NCBI GenBank assembly: GCA_002269645.1
Contig: NIVC01001071.1
Location: forward strand, 1-64,000
DNA: 64,000 nucleotides
From: Macrostomum lignano
Lineage: Eukaryota
Direction: 5' to 3'
The notes beneath the pieces were generated by a model. The model did not search any database, was not told where the DNA came from, and saw only the letters and a list, made by a program, of their open reading frames with translations. The position numbers were made by a program, and so were the translations under genes. Numbering within the stretch: the first letter of the stretch is position 1; each line of letters opens with the position of its first letter. This document shows positions 37,377 to 51,217 of the stretch, one piece after another.

Positions 37377-39408
37377 AGACCACAACTGAACTGACAACAG
37401 ATAATAAAGAAGATTAGCAGAAGCGGGTCAGTGAAATGAAGCGCCTTGTCTACGCCTTCAAATTGTTGACCGAGTTGAGCAGCTCCTAGATGAACAGAAC
37501 ACCTGGAATAGGTATGGTAAGCCAGGCCAAGATCCTGTGAAACGTGGATTACTCGTATTTTCATCAGCGTAGCGCAAATGACATTCCGGGGTCAGATGAG
37601 TCAGCACTGGGCGAATTCCTGCCCCCGTGATATGTTCTCTGGCAAGTTCCGAACCGCCGGCATGTCCGCATATCTTCCCAGGCACTTCAAAGTGATTAAC
37701 TGCTTGTCTAGGCTTTTGCTTATTGCTCACTAGATAGAAATCATTTTCATATATCAATCCTACGCAGTCCCAAATATTATCAATGTTCTGATTCTGAACT
37801 ACCGTATAATACATTGAATGGATAGAGTGATTAGATCTAAAAAAAGAGTGCCAGAAAACACAAGCATAGAAGTTGCCTAGCTAATTACGAGTAACTTCAT
37901 GGTATAAGCTCAAGGTCCTCATCAAAAAAGGTCCTCACCGCCCCGGCCCTCAGTTTGATCAGTAATGCGCCCCTCTAGTGTAAATGATGGCGCCCCTCTA
38001 TAGTTAGTGTACGAGCTATATATGACAGCGCACCTCTATGTTAAGTATGGCGTTCCTCTCTTACGGTTAAAATCCGCCATCCCTCATTTTATATTTCTAA
38101 ATCCGCCTCTGAACTGAAGTAGTCAAGCTAGACGATAAAGAGACCTTCTGTCTTAATTCCAATTGCCAAATTGCTACAGAGTTTGCCAACACAGAGGGAA
38201 GGGCAGTGGTTAGAATTTCTCACTAAACTGTTATGGCTAAATGTAGCCTCTCCACTCTCGGGGTGCAGAGAAGGCTATAAAAAAAGTTATTCCAAAACAC
38301 TGTACATTTGCTATTTCCATTCGGCCCTTATCGCCTGACCCTTGGTCTGGTTTCTGGGGAATGAGTGAGTGGCACAAACAACAGAAAAAGCAGACAAACT
38401 TCACATGCTTACAGTTTCTGTTCTGATTGGGTTACAGAGTTGAAACTTTACATTTTGACAGAGAATGAGTCAATAAAGAATTGTGTCAAGTTTGAAGTCA
38501 ATCGCTTTACGTGGAGCAAACTTATGGCAGCTGAAAGTTAGTCAATTTTGAAACCCTTTTACACATCTGGGCCCAGATCGGGAGAGAGGCAGGCGAGCGG
38601 AGGTTGGGGTGGCTGCCTTGCTGAAAAAAACAGCAGCCCATTTGCGCGGACTAGTTATTAGTTGTTGTCTTGAAGAAGCCACACACGATGATTGTAGCGA
38701 TGGTATGCGAGTCTGGCTCGTCTTAAATATGATCAGCTCTGATCTTTCTCGTTTTATTATCCCCAAGCTCATCGACTTGGATTGCTTCACGACCTGTAGC
38801 CATAGCTTTTTATTAGTCTATGGCTCGACGTGGCTATTCGTACGTAGCAATAATAATAAATAAAACTCTGCCTTTATACTTAAGGCTAGTATGCAGCATT
38901 AGTCTTAGTTTTTGATACATGTATTTACTCGTAAAAAAATGCACTAAACACATTGAGACTGCTTGGAGAAGCTGATCTGGTGTATGAGTTCGCTGATTTT
39001 ATTGGTTTCAACTATGTGCATATCGAATACAAATAGTGGTTATAGTGCAAGCTGGTAAGCTGGGTGCTTTTACATATGTTGCTCGCTTGAAGTTTAGTTC
39101 AACTGAAGAAAGAGCGATTCGCTAAGCTACAATATCGAATATATAATAAAAAATAATGCAACTGCTTGGGAACTCTTACTTAGTAGCTAAAGGTAAGAAA
39201 CGCAAAAAGATTGGCTTGCTTCCTAAAATGCATCGATGCTTAAAAGCACAATGCTACAATATGAATTTGAAATCCTGTGCCGAGTTAAATTCTATTAAAT
39301 TAACTACACTTGCTAACCAAATTAAAGAACTAAAGTACTTTCACGCTGCTGTGGATCATTTGTCGACTTCTGAGCAGCATCTGTGGAGTTCCTTAACTAA
39401 ACGCAGGA

Positions 39409-42400
39409 TCAAGCTGTTGATCTCAGGCGGAAGTACGCTATTTCAGATGCTCCACCGCAAAATTCTATGTGATTTCCTGGGCATCGGAGCGAGCAACTTG
39501 TATTGGCCACCAATTTTAATGAACCTCCTGGTACTCTCTTTTCAGGCAAGTCCTCAGCACACATGCATTTGTTACCATTACCGATGGCGAAGTATTTCAA
39601 TTTGCTGTAGAGATCACGCCTTATACACTCGGTAGCGCAAATCAGGTGTGAGCCGTGCGACATCTCTTTGATGGCTATCGATTCGTACTCGGCCTCATAA
39701 AAGTCACTATATGCCATGTAGCATGCCTCCATAGAACCTGAAGCATTAATTAACACCAAGTGAGCAGATATACACAAACTAATGGTCATATTTTCAATAA
39801 AATCATGCAGAAATATCCAACAGATCATGCATCAAAATGAACTCAAATAGTTACTCACTTGGAAGAACTGGATAGACCTTCGCTCCCTGCTTGAATTTAT
39901 CTAAATGGGAAAATTGTTGGGGTTGGAATCGGTAGAGAGCATTTTACATCAGCTTGAGCAGATGTCCAGATTAAATGGAGATAAAATGAGGGAGGAGAGC
40001 AGCTCAACTGGAAGCATTGCAAGACTCGTGAGAAGAATTGAAGTCTCATTGGAGAATCGTATACAATGGTAAGATGTGAACAAAGGCAAATTTCCAAAAA
40101 TGAATACTCGCCTGTTTTCGGAGGAGTAAGTGTTGAACTAAGGCGAAAATATGCCAGATTATATAGACCACCGCACGATTCCCTGTGATTTCCTGGGCAT
40201 CGGAGCGAGCAACTTGTATTGGCCACCAATTTTAATGAACCTCCTGGTACTCTCTTTTCAGGCAAGTCCTCAGCACACATGCATTTGTTACCATTACCGA
40301 TGGCGAAGTATTTCAATTTGCTGTAGAGATCACGCCTTATACACTCGGTAGCGCAAATCAGGTGTGAGCCGTGCGACATCTCTTTGATGGCTATCGATTC
40401 GTACTCGGCCTCATAAAAGTCACTATATGCCATGTAGCATGCCTCCATAGAACCTGAAGCATTAATTAACACCAAGTGAGCAGATATACACAAACTAATG
40501 GTCATATTTTCAATAAAATCATGCAGAAATATCCAACAGATCATGCATCAAAATGAACTCAAATAGTTACTCACTTGGAAGAACTGGATAGACCTTCGCT
40601 CCCTGCTTGAATTTATCTAAATGGGAAAATTGTTGGGGTTGGAATCGGTAGAGAGCATTTTACATCAGCTTGAGCAGATTTCCAGATTAAATGGAGATAA
40701 AATGAGGGAGGAGAGCAGCTCAACTGGAAGCATTGCAAGACTCGTGAGAAGAATTGAAGTCTCATTGGAGAATCGTATACAATGGTAAGATGTGAACAAA
40801 GGCAAATTTCCAAAAATGAATACTCGCCTGTTTTCGGAGGAGTAAGTGTTGAACTAAGGCGAAAATATGCCAGATTATATAGACCACCGCACGATTCCCT
40901 GTGATTTCCTGGGCATCGGAGCGAGCAACTTGTATTGGCCACCAATTTTAATGAACCTCCTGGTACTCTCTTTTCAGGCAAGTCCTCAGCACACATGCAT
41001 TTGTTACCATTACCGATGGCGAAGTATTTCAATTTGCTGTAGAGATCACGCCTTATACACTCGGTAGCGCAAATCAGGTGTGAGCCGTGCGACATCTCTT
41101 TGATGGCTATCGATTCGTACTCGGCCTCATAAAAGTCACTATATGCCATGTAGCATGCCTCCATAGAACCTGAAGCATTAATTAACACCAAGTGAGCAGA
41201 TATACACAAACTAATGGTCATATTTTCAATAAAATCATGCAGAAATATCCAACAGATCATGCATCAAAATGAACTCAAATAGTTACTCACTTGGAAGAAC
41301 TGGATAGACCTTCGCTCCCTGCTTGAATTTATCTAAATGGGAAAATTGTTGGGGTTGGAATCGGTAGAGAGCATTTTACATCAGCTTGAGCAGATGTCCA
41401 GATTAAATGGAGATAAAATGAGGGAGGAGAGCAGCTCAACTGGAAGCATTGCAAGACTCGTGAGAAGAATTGAAGTCTCATTGGAGAATCGTATACAATG
41501 GTAAGATGTGAACAAAGGCAAATTTCCAAAAATGAATACTCGCCTGTTTTCGGAGGAGTAAGTGTTGAACTAAGGCGAAAATATGCCAGATTATATAGAC
41601 CACCGCACGATTCCCTGTGATTTCCTGGGCATCGGAGCGAGCAACTTGTATTGGCCACCAATTTTAATGAACCTCCTGGTACTCTCTTTTCAGGCAAGTC
41701 CTCAGCACACATGCATTTGTTACCATTACCGATGGCGAAGTATTTCAATTTGCTGTAGAGATCACGCCTTATACACTCGGTAGCGCAAATCAGGTGTGAG
41801 CCGTGCGACATCTCTTTGATGGCTATCGATTCGTACTCGGCCTCATAAAAGTCACTATATGCCATGTAGCATGCCTTCATAGAACCTGAAGCATTAATTA
41901 ACACCAAGTGAGCAGATATACACAAACTAATGGTCATATTTTCAATAAAATCATGCAGAAATATCCAACAGATCATGCATCAAAATGAACTCAAATAGTT
42001 ACTCACTTGGAAGAACTGGATAGACCTTCGCTCCCTGCTTGAATTTATCTAAATGGGAAAATTGTTGGGGTTGGAATCGGTAGAGAGCATTTTACATCAG
42101 CTTGAGCAGATGTCCAGATTAAATGGAGATAAAATGAGGGAGGAGAGCAGCTCAACTGGAAGCATTGCAAGACTCGTGAGAAGAATTGAAGTCTCATTGG
42201 AGAATCGTATACAATGGTAAGATGTGAACAAAGGCAAATTTCCAAAAATGAATACTCGCCTGTTTTCGGAGGAGTAAGTGTTGAACTAAGGCGAAAATAT
42301 GCCAGATTATATAGACCACCGCACGATTCCCTGTGATTTCCTGGGCATCGGAGCGAGCAACTTGTATTGGCCACCAATTTTAATGAACCTCCTGGTACTC

Positions 42401-42601
42401 TCTTTTCAGGCAAGTCCTCAGCACACATGCATTTGTTACCATTACCGATGGCGAAGTATTTCAATTTGCTGTAGAGATCACGCCTTATACACTCGGTAGC
42501 GCAAATCAGGTGTGAGCCGTGCGACATCTCTTTGATGGCTATCGATTCGTACTCGGCCTCATAAAAGTCACTATATGCCATGTAGCATGCCTCCATAGAA
42601 C
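39409..42601 (-). CDS. Multi-WSC-domain protein: five tandem WSC exons (partial gene, 5' end not found in window)
   Basis: Phase 1-1 exons of 342 nt at 42601-42260, 41885-41544, 41169-40828 and 40453-40112, plus terminal exon 39737-39409. Each encodes ACY...ICATEC...KYFAIGNGNKCMCA...CSLRCPGNHRESCGG (WSC Cys pattern). Acceptor ttcag|; donor AG|gcgagt. Confidence 0.85.
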
Positions 42602-42634
42602 CTGAAGCATTAATTAACACCAAGTGAGCAGATA
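39469..42634. repeat. 716-bp tandem repeat, ~4.4 near-identical copies (exon + intron)
   Basis: ORF ends recur at 39897, 40613, 41329 and 42045. Only two variants were spotted by eye (~40679, ~41877). Confidence 0.97.
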
Positions 42635-43150
42635 TCCTCGTTTATAAATACTAAAGTTGGTGCGATGTTTGTCTGTCTGTATGTTGCAATTTTTCTCCTA
42701 GACTACTTGCAACTCAGCGTTGAAACTTATATGGGTAAACTGCAAATTTTCCGGGTTGGGTTTATAGCTATTTTAATCTTTCATTTTTACATTTTAAGAT
42801 CCCTAAAAAAGCAGAAATAATATAACAATAGGGAATCTGATCCACCTTGCGCAACTCTTAGTGATTGCGCCACAACAGCTGGCCTATCTGTGTAGTGTAT
42901 TCTTTTAGCTGAAGGGGTGTAACTGGGCCAGTTGGCATCAATTTTTAGTGATTACGCCACAACTTTCTCCTATCTCGGCAGTGTATTTTCTCTCCAATGG
43001 GGGAATGGGGGCGTTCTCAGTGGGTGCGTGTGTACAATCGGACCCTAGCTCACTGGCTGATTGTATAGACAATTGCGCAACGATATGTTTTCTGATTTTC
43101 AATAGGCAGCCCTGTGTATTTGTTGGACACTATGTATTTGTTGGACAGTA
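42635..43150 (+). mobile_element. Possible Helitron 5' end (different subfamily) inserted at an A|T site of the WSC intron
   Basis: WSC-unit homology stops at gagcagata|, where the unit would continue with t. It is followed by TCCTCGTTTATAAATACTAAAG...GTTTGTCTGTCTGTATG, similar in layout to the 5' ends of the downstream family. 3' end not identified. Confidence 0.5.
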
Positions 43151-43875
43151 AAATTTAATGAATAAACTTGCGAGCCTCCCACTGCTGCAGGCAGTGAACG
43201 TACACTCGATAGTTCAATTCCTTAAAACGGGAAATTTCAAAGCCAAACTGTTCCTCGAGTTTTAAACTTTAAGAGAAGAGACTTATATTGCTGGAAAGAG
43301 GTTGCAAAGCTGAGTTAGGGGATATAAGTTGTTTGTTCTAAATGTGAAAATTAAAAGCACAGCATTCGAAAAGCGATTTCCATACTTTTATTAACTTTTT
43401 GCAAAGATTGTACTCCATTTCGGGGGTTCAATGAGGGTTTGACAGATCCCCAACAGTGGGGGGGGGGGGTTCAATTTCTAGCTGCACTGCGTATTCGAAG
43501 GGGTTCGGTCGCTGTGTATTGAAGGGTTGATTTAGATTGCGCAATTTTTTTGTTAACTTTAACCGAGGCTGATACTGACTGCCTGAGAAATAAGTTGCGC
43601 AATTTAATTGGTTCGATGTCTTTACGGCGCCTTTCAACACGCAGCTGTGTGTAGCTCTAACCCTAACCCTAACCATAACCAATGAATTCTGAGAGCTGGG
43701 TTCTGTTTGATGGAGAAATTTCAATTGAGTCCAGTTACACGGAGAGAACTTTCGCGGAGAGGATTTTGATGGTGTTCAGTTTCACGGAGACGATTTCTGT
43801 TTCGCGGAGAGTTCAGGAAATGGGATTCCGGTGATGGGAGTTCTTCCCCTTTCTTCTCCGAAGGAGGAGTTGGCC

Positions 43876-46800
43876 TCGTATATACTAAAAATGAGTTGTC
43901 TGTATATGGGTATGCGATTGATTTCAGAAAAATTGGCTCAACCGATTTTCTTCAAACTTGCAGCATTCGATCAGAAATTTTCCTGGGACGGTACATGCAT
44001 CTTGGCTAAGAAATTGCTCAATGTTAAAGGGATTAAATATTCGAAAAACATGCTTTTTTGCAAAGGTCAAGCCAAATTTTTGACTTGAATTGCATTGTAA
44101 GAATGCTAGAGAAAAAACTGACTGACTGAATTCCGATTGTGATAAAGATTGCATCACAACAAGGTGAAAACAGTGCCACAGAAACGCACGCAAGACTTGA
44201 TTGAAATTGCGTAACCATATTGCTAACTTAAATTGAGACTGATACTGGCTGACTGAGAAATTGATTATGTCATAAATTTTTACTCTAACCGACTTGCTAT
44301 AAGTATTGAATTATAAGGGCCACAGTTCATGTGCTCCAATTGAAAAGAGATAGCCAGATGCAAACAGACTGGAATGCTAATGTAGCGACCTTGGTTCGAA
44401 TCTTAGTAGTGAAAAATGTTTTTTTATTAAAACACCTTAAAAACACAAAATGCTAAACATTAAAGAGCCACCATGTCAAACATAAAACAGCCACCATGTC
44501 AAACATTAAAGAGCCACAATGTCAAACATTAAAGAGCCACCATTTCAAACCTAAAGGCGCCACCATGTCGAACATTAAAGAGCCACCATGTCGAACTTTA
44601 AAGAGCCACCATATCAAACATAAAAGAGTTACCATGTCAAACATTAAAGAGCCACCATGTCAAACATTAAAGAGCCACCATGTCAAACATAAAACAGCCA
44701 ACATTTCGAAAATTAAAGAGCCACCATGTCAAACATTAAAGAGCCACCATGTCGAACATTAAAGAGCTACCATGTCAAACATAAAACAGACACCATTAAG
44801 AACATTAAAGAGCCACCATGTCGAACATTAAAGAGCCACCATGTCAAACATAAAACAGAGCCACAATTTCGACAATTAAAGAGCCACCATGTCAAACATT
44901 AAAGAGCCACCATGTCGAACATTAAAGAGCCACCATGTCAAACATAAAACAGCCACCATTTCAAAAATTAAAGAGCCACCATTTCAAACATTAAAGAGCC
45001 ACCATGTCAAACATTAAAGAGCCACCTTATCAAACATTAAAGAGCCACCATGTAAAACATTAAAGAGCCACCATGTCGAACATAAAAGAGGTATCATGTC
45101 AAACATTAAAGACCCACCAGGTAAAATATGAAAGTGCCACCATATCAAATATTAAAAAGCCACCATGTCAAGCATTAAAGAGCCACCAGGTCAAACATGA
45201 AAGTGCCACCATGTAAAACATTAAAGAGCCACCATGTCAAAAATTAAAGAGCCACCAGGTCAAACATATACATGACTCCATGTCAAACATTGAAGAGCCA
45301 CAATGTCGAACATAAAAGGGCCACCATGTCAAATATTAAAGAGTCACCATGTCAAACATTAAAGAGCCAACAGGTCAAACATGAAAGTGCCACCATGTAT
45401 AACATTAAAGAGCCACCATGTCGAACATTTAAGAACCACCATGTCAAACATATACATGACTCCATGTCAAACATTGAAGAGACACCATGTCGAACATAAA
45501 AGAGCCACTATGCAAAACATAAAAGATCCACCATGTCTAACACTAAAGAGCCACCATGTCAAAAATAAAAGAGCCACCATGTCAAATATTAAAGAGCCAC
45601 CATGTCAAACATTAAAGAGCCACCAGGTCAAACATGAAAGTGCCACCATGTAAAACATTAAAGAGCCACCATGTCAAACACATACGTAACTCCATATCAA
45701 ACATTGAAGAGACCCCATGTCAAACATTAAAGAGCCACAATGTCGAACATAAAAGAGCCACCATGTAAAACATATACGTAACTTCATGTCAAACATTGAA
45801 GCGACACCATGTCGAACAAAAAAGAAAAACCATGTCGAACATTAAAGAGCCACCATGTCGAACATAAAAGAGCTACCATGTCAAACATTAAAAAGCCACC
45901 ATGTCAAACATAGAAGAGCCACCATGTCAGACATTAAAAAGCCACCGTATCAAACATAAAAGAGTTACCGTGTAGAACAAAAAACAGCCACCATGTCGAA
46001 CATAAAAGAGCCACCATGTAGAATATTAAAGAGACACCATTTCAAACAGTAAAGAGCCACCATGTCAAACATATAAGAGCCACCATGTCAAACATTAAAA
46101 AGCCACTTTGTCGAACATTAAAGAGCCACCGTGTCAAACATAGAAGAGCCACCATGTCAAACATAAAAGAGCCACCATGTCAGACATAAAAAGCCACCGT
46201 ATCAAACAAAAAAGAGTTACCATGTAGAACAAAAAACAGCCACTATGTCGAACATAAAAGAGCCACTATGTAGAATATTAAAGAGCCACCATGAAGAACA
46301 TTAAAGAGCCACCATGTCAAACATTTAAGAGCCACCATGTCAGACATTAAAAAGCCACCGTATCAAACATAAAAGAGTTACCATGTAGAACATTAAAGAG
46401 CCACCATTTCAAACAGTAAAGAGCCACCATGTCAAGCAGTAAAGAGCCACCATGTCAAACATAAAAGAGCCACCATGTCAACATAAAAGAGCCACCATGT
46501 CAAAAATTAAAGAGCCACCATGTCAAACATAAAAGATACACAATTTCAAACGTAAAAGTAAGCGAATTTTAAAGGAGCCGCTATAATGCTAAGGAAATTG
46601 TCGCACTAGCTACTTATTGTCTGGTGGATGCTTGCTATTTGGGGATGCTATCTATGTGGGGGATGCTTGCTCTCTGGAAGATGCTTGCTATCTGGGGAAG
46701 CTTGCTATCTTGGGGATGCTTGCTATCTGGGGATCCTTGCTATCTGGGGGTGCTTTCTATCTGGGGATGCTATCCTTCTGGGGGATGCGTGCTATCTGGG

Positions 46801-46994
46801 GGATGCTTGCTATCTTTGGGATGCTTGCAATCTGGGGGATGCTTGCTATCTGGGGGATGCTTGCTGTCTTGGGATGATTTCTTTTTGCATTGCACTTCAT
46901 TTAAGTATTTTGTCTGTTTTCTTTTTCTTTTTGTTACTTGTAGAGAGCGGAGATTCTATACAGATGTCCCCCAACGGGGGGCGAAGATTGCTAG
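43876..46994 (+). mobile_element. Non-autonomous Helitron, array unit 1
   Basis: 5' TCGTATATACTAAAAATGAG; 23-bp satellite ~44455-46540; 18-bp repeats ~46625-46870; hairpin gtcccccaacggggggc (46966-46982) and gaagattgCTAG. Confidence 0.85.
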
Positions 46995-47619
46995 TCCTAT
47001 ATACTAAAAATGTGATGTCAATATATATATATGTGATAGATTAGAGAAAAAATGGCTGGACCGATTTTGTTCGAACTTGCACTGTTCGATCAGAAATTTT
47101 CCCGTGACGGTACATGCATCGTGGCTAAGAAATTGCTCAATGCTAAAGGCATTAAATATTCGAAAAACATGCTTTTTTGCAAAGGTCAAGCAAACTTTTT
47201 GACTTGAAATGCATTGTAAGAATGCTAGAGAAAAAACTGACTGGTTGAATTCTGACTCTGAAATAGATTGCATCATAACTGAATTGTAACTCCGACTTGA
47301 ATTGAAAATGCAGTCTGGAAGCGTAGCACCAGACTTGATTTAAATTGCGTAACCATATTGTTAACTGATACTGACTGACTGAGAAACTGATTATGTCATA
47401 ACTGCTTCGTGTGTTTACTCTATGCTTGGATTTAAAAGTGTTGAGTTATATAAGTGCAAAAGTTGATGTTATCAAAACGATGAGAGCTAGCCTAAAGGTG
47501 AACAAACTGAACTGCTAAATGCAGTGACGATGGTTTGAATTTTCGATGGTTTGAATTTGAGTATAATTTTTTTAATTAAAGCTTTTCAACGTCAGGAAAA
47601 CTAAAAGACTTTTTAAAAA

Positions 47620-50250
47620 GAAGCGTCATATAAAAATCGTAGAAGCGTCATGTAAACAATCATAAAAGCGTCATGTAAAAAATCGTAGAAGCGTCATGTA
47701 AAAAATCTTAGAAGCGTCATGTTAACAATCATAGAAGCGTCATGTAAACAATCATAGAAGCGTCATGTAAACAATCATAGAAGCGTCATGTAAAAAATCA
47801 TAGAAGCGTCATATAAAAATCGTAGAAGCGTCATGTAAACAATCATAGAAGCGTCATGTAAAAAATCATAGAAGCGTCATGTAAACAATCATAGAAGCGT
47901 CATGTAAACAATCATAGAAGCGTCATGTTAACAATCATAGAAGCGTCATGTAAACAATCATAGAAGCGTCATGTAAAAAATCATAAAAGCGTCATGTAAA
48001 AAATCATAGAAGCGTCATATAAAAATCGTAGAAGCGTCATGTAAACAATCATAGAAGCGTCATTTAAACAATCATAGAAGCGTCATGTAAACAATCATAG
48101 AAGCGCCATGTAAAAAATCATAGAAGCGTCATGTAAACAATCATAGAAGCGTCATGTAAACAATCATAGAAGCGTCATGCAAACAATCATAGAAGCGTCA
48201 TGTAAAAAATCATAGAAGCGCCATGTAAAAAATCATAGAAGCGTCATGTAAACAATCATAGAAGCGTATGTAAAAAATCATAGAAGCGTCATGTAAAAAA
48301 TCATAGAAGCGTCATATAAAAATCGTAGAAGCGTCATGTAAACAATCATAAAAGCGTCATGTAAAAAATCGTAGAAGCGTCATGTAAAAAATCTTAGAAG
48401 CGTCATGTAAACAATCATAGAAGCGTCATGTAAACAATCATAGAAGCGTCATGTAAACAATCATAGAAGCGTCATGTAAACAATCATAGAAGCGTCATGT
48501 AAAATCATAGAAGCGTCATGTAAAAAATCATAGAAGCGTCATGTAAACAATCATAGAAGCGTCATGTAAACAATCATAGAAGCGTCATGCAAACAATCAT
48601 AGAAGCGTCATGTAAAAAATCATAGAAGCGTCATGTAAAAAATCATAGAAGCGTCATGTAAACAATCATAGAAGCGTCATGTAAAAATCATAGAAGCGTC
48701 ATGTAAAAAATCATAGAAGCGTCATGTAAAAATCATAGAAGCGTCATGTAAACAATCATAGAAGCGTCATGTAAAAAATCATAGAAGCGTCATGTAAACA
48801 ATCATAGAAGCGTCATGTAAACAATCATAGAAGCGTCATGTAAAAATCATAGAAGCGTCATGTAAAAATCATAGAAGCGTCATGTAAACAATCATAGAAG
48901 CGTCATGTAAACAATCATAGAAGCGTCATGTAAAAATCATAGAAGCGTCATGTAAAAATCATAGAAGCGTCATGTAAAAATCATAGAAGCGTCATGTAAA
49001 CAATCATAGAAGCGTCATGTAAAAATCATAGAAGCGTCATGTAAAAAATCGTAGAAGCGTCATGTAAACAATCATAAAAGCGTCATGGAAAAATCGTAGA
49101 AGCGTCATGTAAAAAATCTTAGAAGCGTCATGTAAACAATCATAGAAGCGTCATATAAAAATCGTAGAAGCGTCATGTAAGCAATCATAGAAGCGTCATG
49201 TAAACAATCATAAAAGCGTCATGTAATCAATCATAAAAGCGTCATGTAAACAATCATAGAAGCGTCATGTAAACAATCATAGAAGCGTCATGTAAAAAAT
49301 CATAGAAGCGTCATGTAAAAAATCATAGAAGCGTCATATAAAAATCGTAGAAGCGTCATGTAAACAATCATAAAAGCGTCATGTAAAACATCGTAGAAGC
49401 GTCATGTAAAAATCATAAAGCGTCATGTAAACAATCATAGAAGCGTCATGTAAACAATCATAGAAGCGTCATGTAAAAAATCATAGAAGCGTCATGTAAA
49501 AAATCATAGAAGCGTCATATAAAAATCGTAGAAGCGTCATGTAAACAATCATAGAAGCGTCATGTAAAAATCATAGAAGCGTCATGTAAAAAATCATAGA
49601 AGCGTCATGTAAAAAATCATAGAAGCGTCATGTAAACAATCATAGAAGCGTCATGTAAAAATCATAGAAGCGTCATGTAAACAATCATAGAAGCGTCATG
49701 TAAACAATCATAGAAGCGTCATGTAAACAATCATAGAAGCGTCATATAAAAATCATAGAAGCGTCATGTAAACAATCATAGAAGCGTCATGTAAACAATC
49801 ATAGAAGCGTCATATAAAAATCGTAGAAGCGTCATGTAAACAATCATAGAAGCGTCATATAAAAATCATAGAAGCGTCATGTAAACAATCATAGAAGCGT
49901 CATGTAAAAATCATAGAAGCGTCATGTAAACAATCATAGAAGCGTCATGTAAACAATCATAGAAGCGTCATGTAAACAATCATAGAAGCGTCATGTAAAA
50001 ATCATAGAAGCGTCATGTAAAAAATCATAGAAGCGTCATGTAAACAATCATAGAAGCGTCATGTAAACAATCATAGAAGCGTCATGTAAAAATCATAGAA
50101 GCGTCATGTAAAAAATCATAGAAGCGTCATGTAAACAATCATAGAAGCGTCATGTAAACAATCATAGAAGCGTCATGTAAACAATCATAGAAGCGTCATG
50201 TAAACAATCATAGAAGCGTCATGTAAAAATCATAGAAGCGTCAAAAAAAA
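47620..50250 (+). repeat. 23-bp satellite, variant B (~110 copies)
   Basis: Unit atcatagaagcgtcatgtaaaca; highly homogeneous. Confidence 0.97.
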
Positions 50251-51161
50251 TCATAGAAGCCTCATTTAAAAACTAATGAAAGTGTCATTTAAAAAATTAA
50301 GTAGCATCATGGTAGAATAAAAGAAGCGTCATGTCTGACATGAAAGGTGTCATGTAAAAATTAAATGCAACTATAATGCTGTGCTGGGGAGAAAAACTGA
50401 GACGTCAAGGCTCTCAGAGAATAACTGAGATTACGGGGGGGGGTTTCTGAGATGTCAAAGCAAAAGTCAGAAGCTACTTCAAAGTTCATGTACTTTACTC
50501 CATTTTTTTATTGCATTCTTTGTTGGCTCGTCACGGGGGGGGCGCTGATAGAAGAAAGTCATGTAAAAAATAAAAGTAGCACTATGTATACATAAAAGAA
50601 AAGTCATGTCGAAGTTAAAAGATTCATTTGGGAATTGCTACGATGTCAAAGCTTGGTGGAAATCGTTATAGTGCTGTGATTCTTAAAGAAGAATCACTAA
50701 AATGTTAAGGCTTAGGGGAGAAGAATTGCTGAGATTTCAAGGCTTTAGGTTGGGTTAAAGTTAGGTTTAGGTCAGGTTTGGGTTGAGGGTTATATTTTAT
50801 CGGGTTTCAAGGTTAACAGGGGATTTTTTAGATTTCAAGGTTTATGGGGGCCATCGCTGACATGTCAAGGCTTACGGGGGAATAGCTGACATGTCAAGGC
50901 TCACGGGGGTATAAATGAGATTTCAAGGCTAAAGTCAGAAGCTACATGTAGTTTATTGAAAACTTTTTATTACATTATTTGATGCCTCCTCAGGGGAGGG
51001 ATCGCTGATAAAAAAGCGTAGTGTAAAAAATAAAAGAAGCTTCATGTCGAAGTTAAGAGATTCATTTGGGAATCCCTACGATGTGAGGCTTGCAAGGAAT
51101 CGCTATAATGCTGTAGTAGTGCAATAATGACTCTTAGGAGAATTACTGAAATTTCAATGCT

Positions 51162-51217
51162 TTAGGGTTAGGTTAGGGTTAGGGTTAGGGTTAGGGTTAG
51201 GCTAGGGTTAGGGTTAG
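51162..51217 (+). repeat. Interstitial telomeric-type (TTAGGG)n tract
   Basis: About 9-10 TTAGGG/TTAGG units inside Helitron unit 2. Confidence 0.85.

Noticed and set aside
37915-38115. Possible hAT-like MITE ending aaatccgcctctg
   Set aside because: A matching left TIR and a TSD could not be found.
37458-38863. ORFs 37458-37814(-), 38542-38790(-) and 38609-38863(+) as exons of another gene
   Set aside because: Coding-like composition, but I could not build a phase-consistent model or recognise a domain; unresolved rather than disproven.
51162-51217. True chromosome end
   Set aside because: The tract is short, imperfect and flanked on both sides by element sequence.
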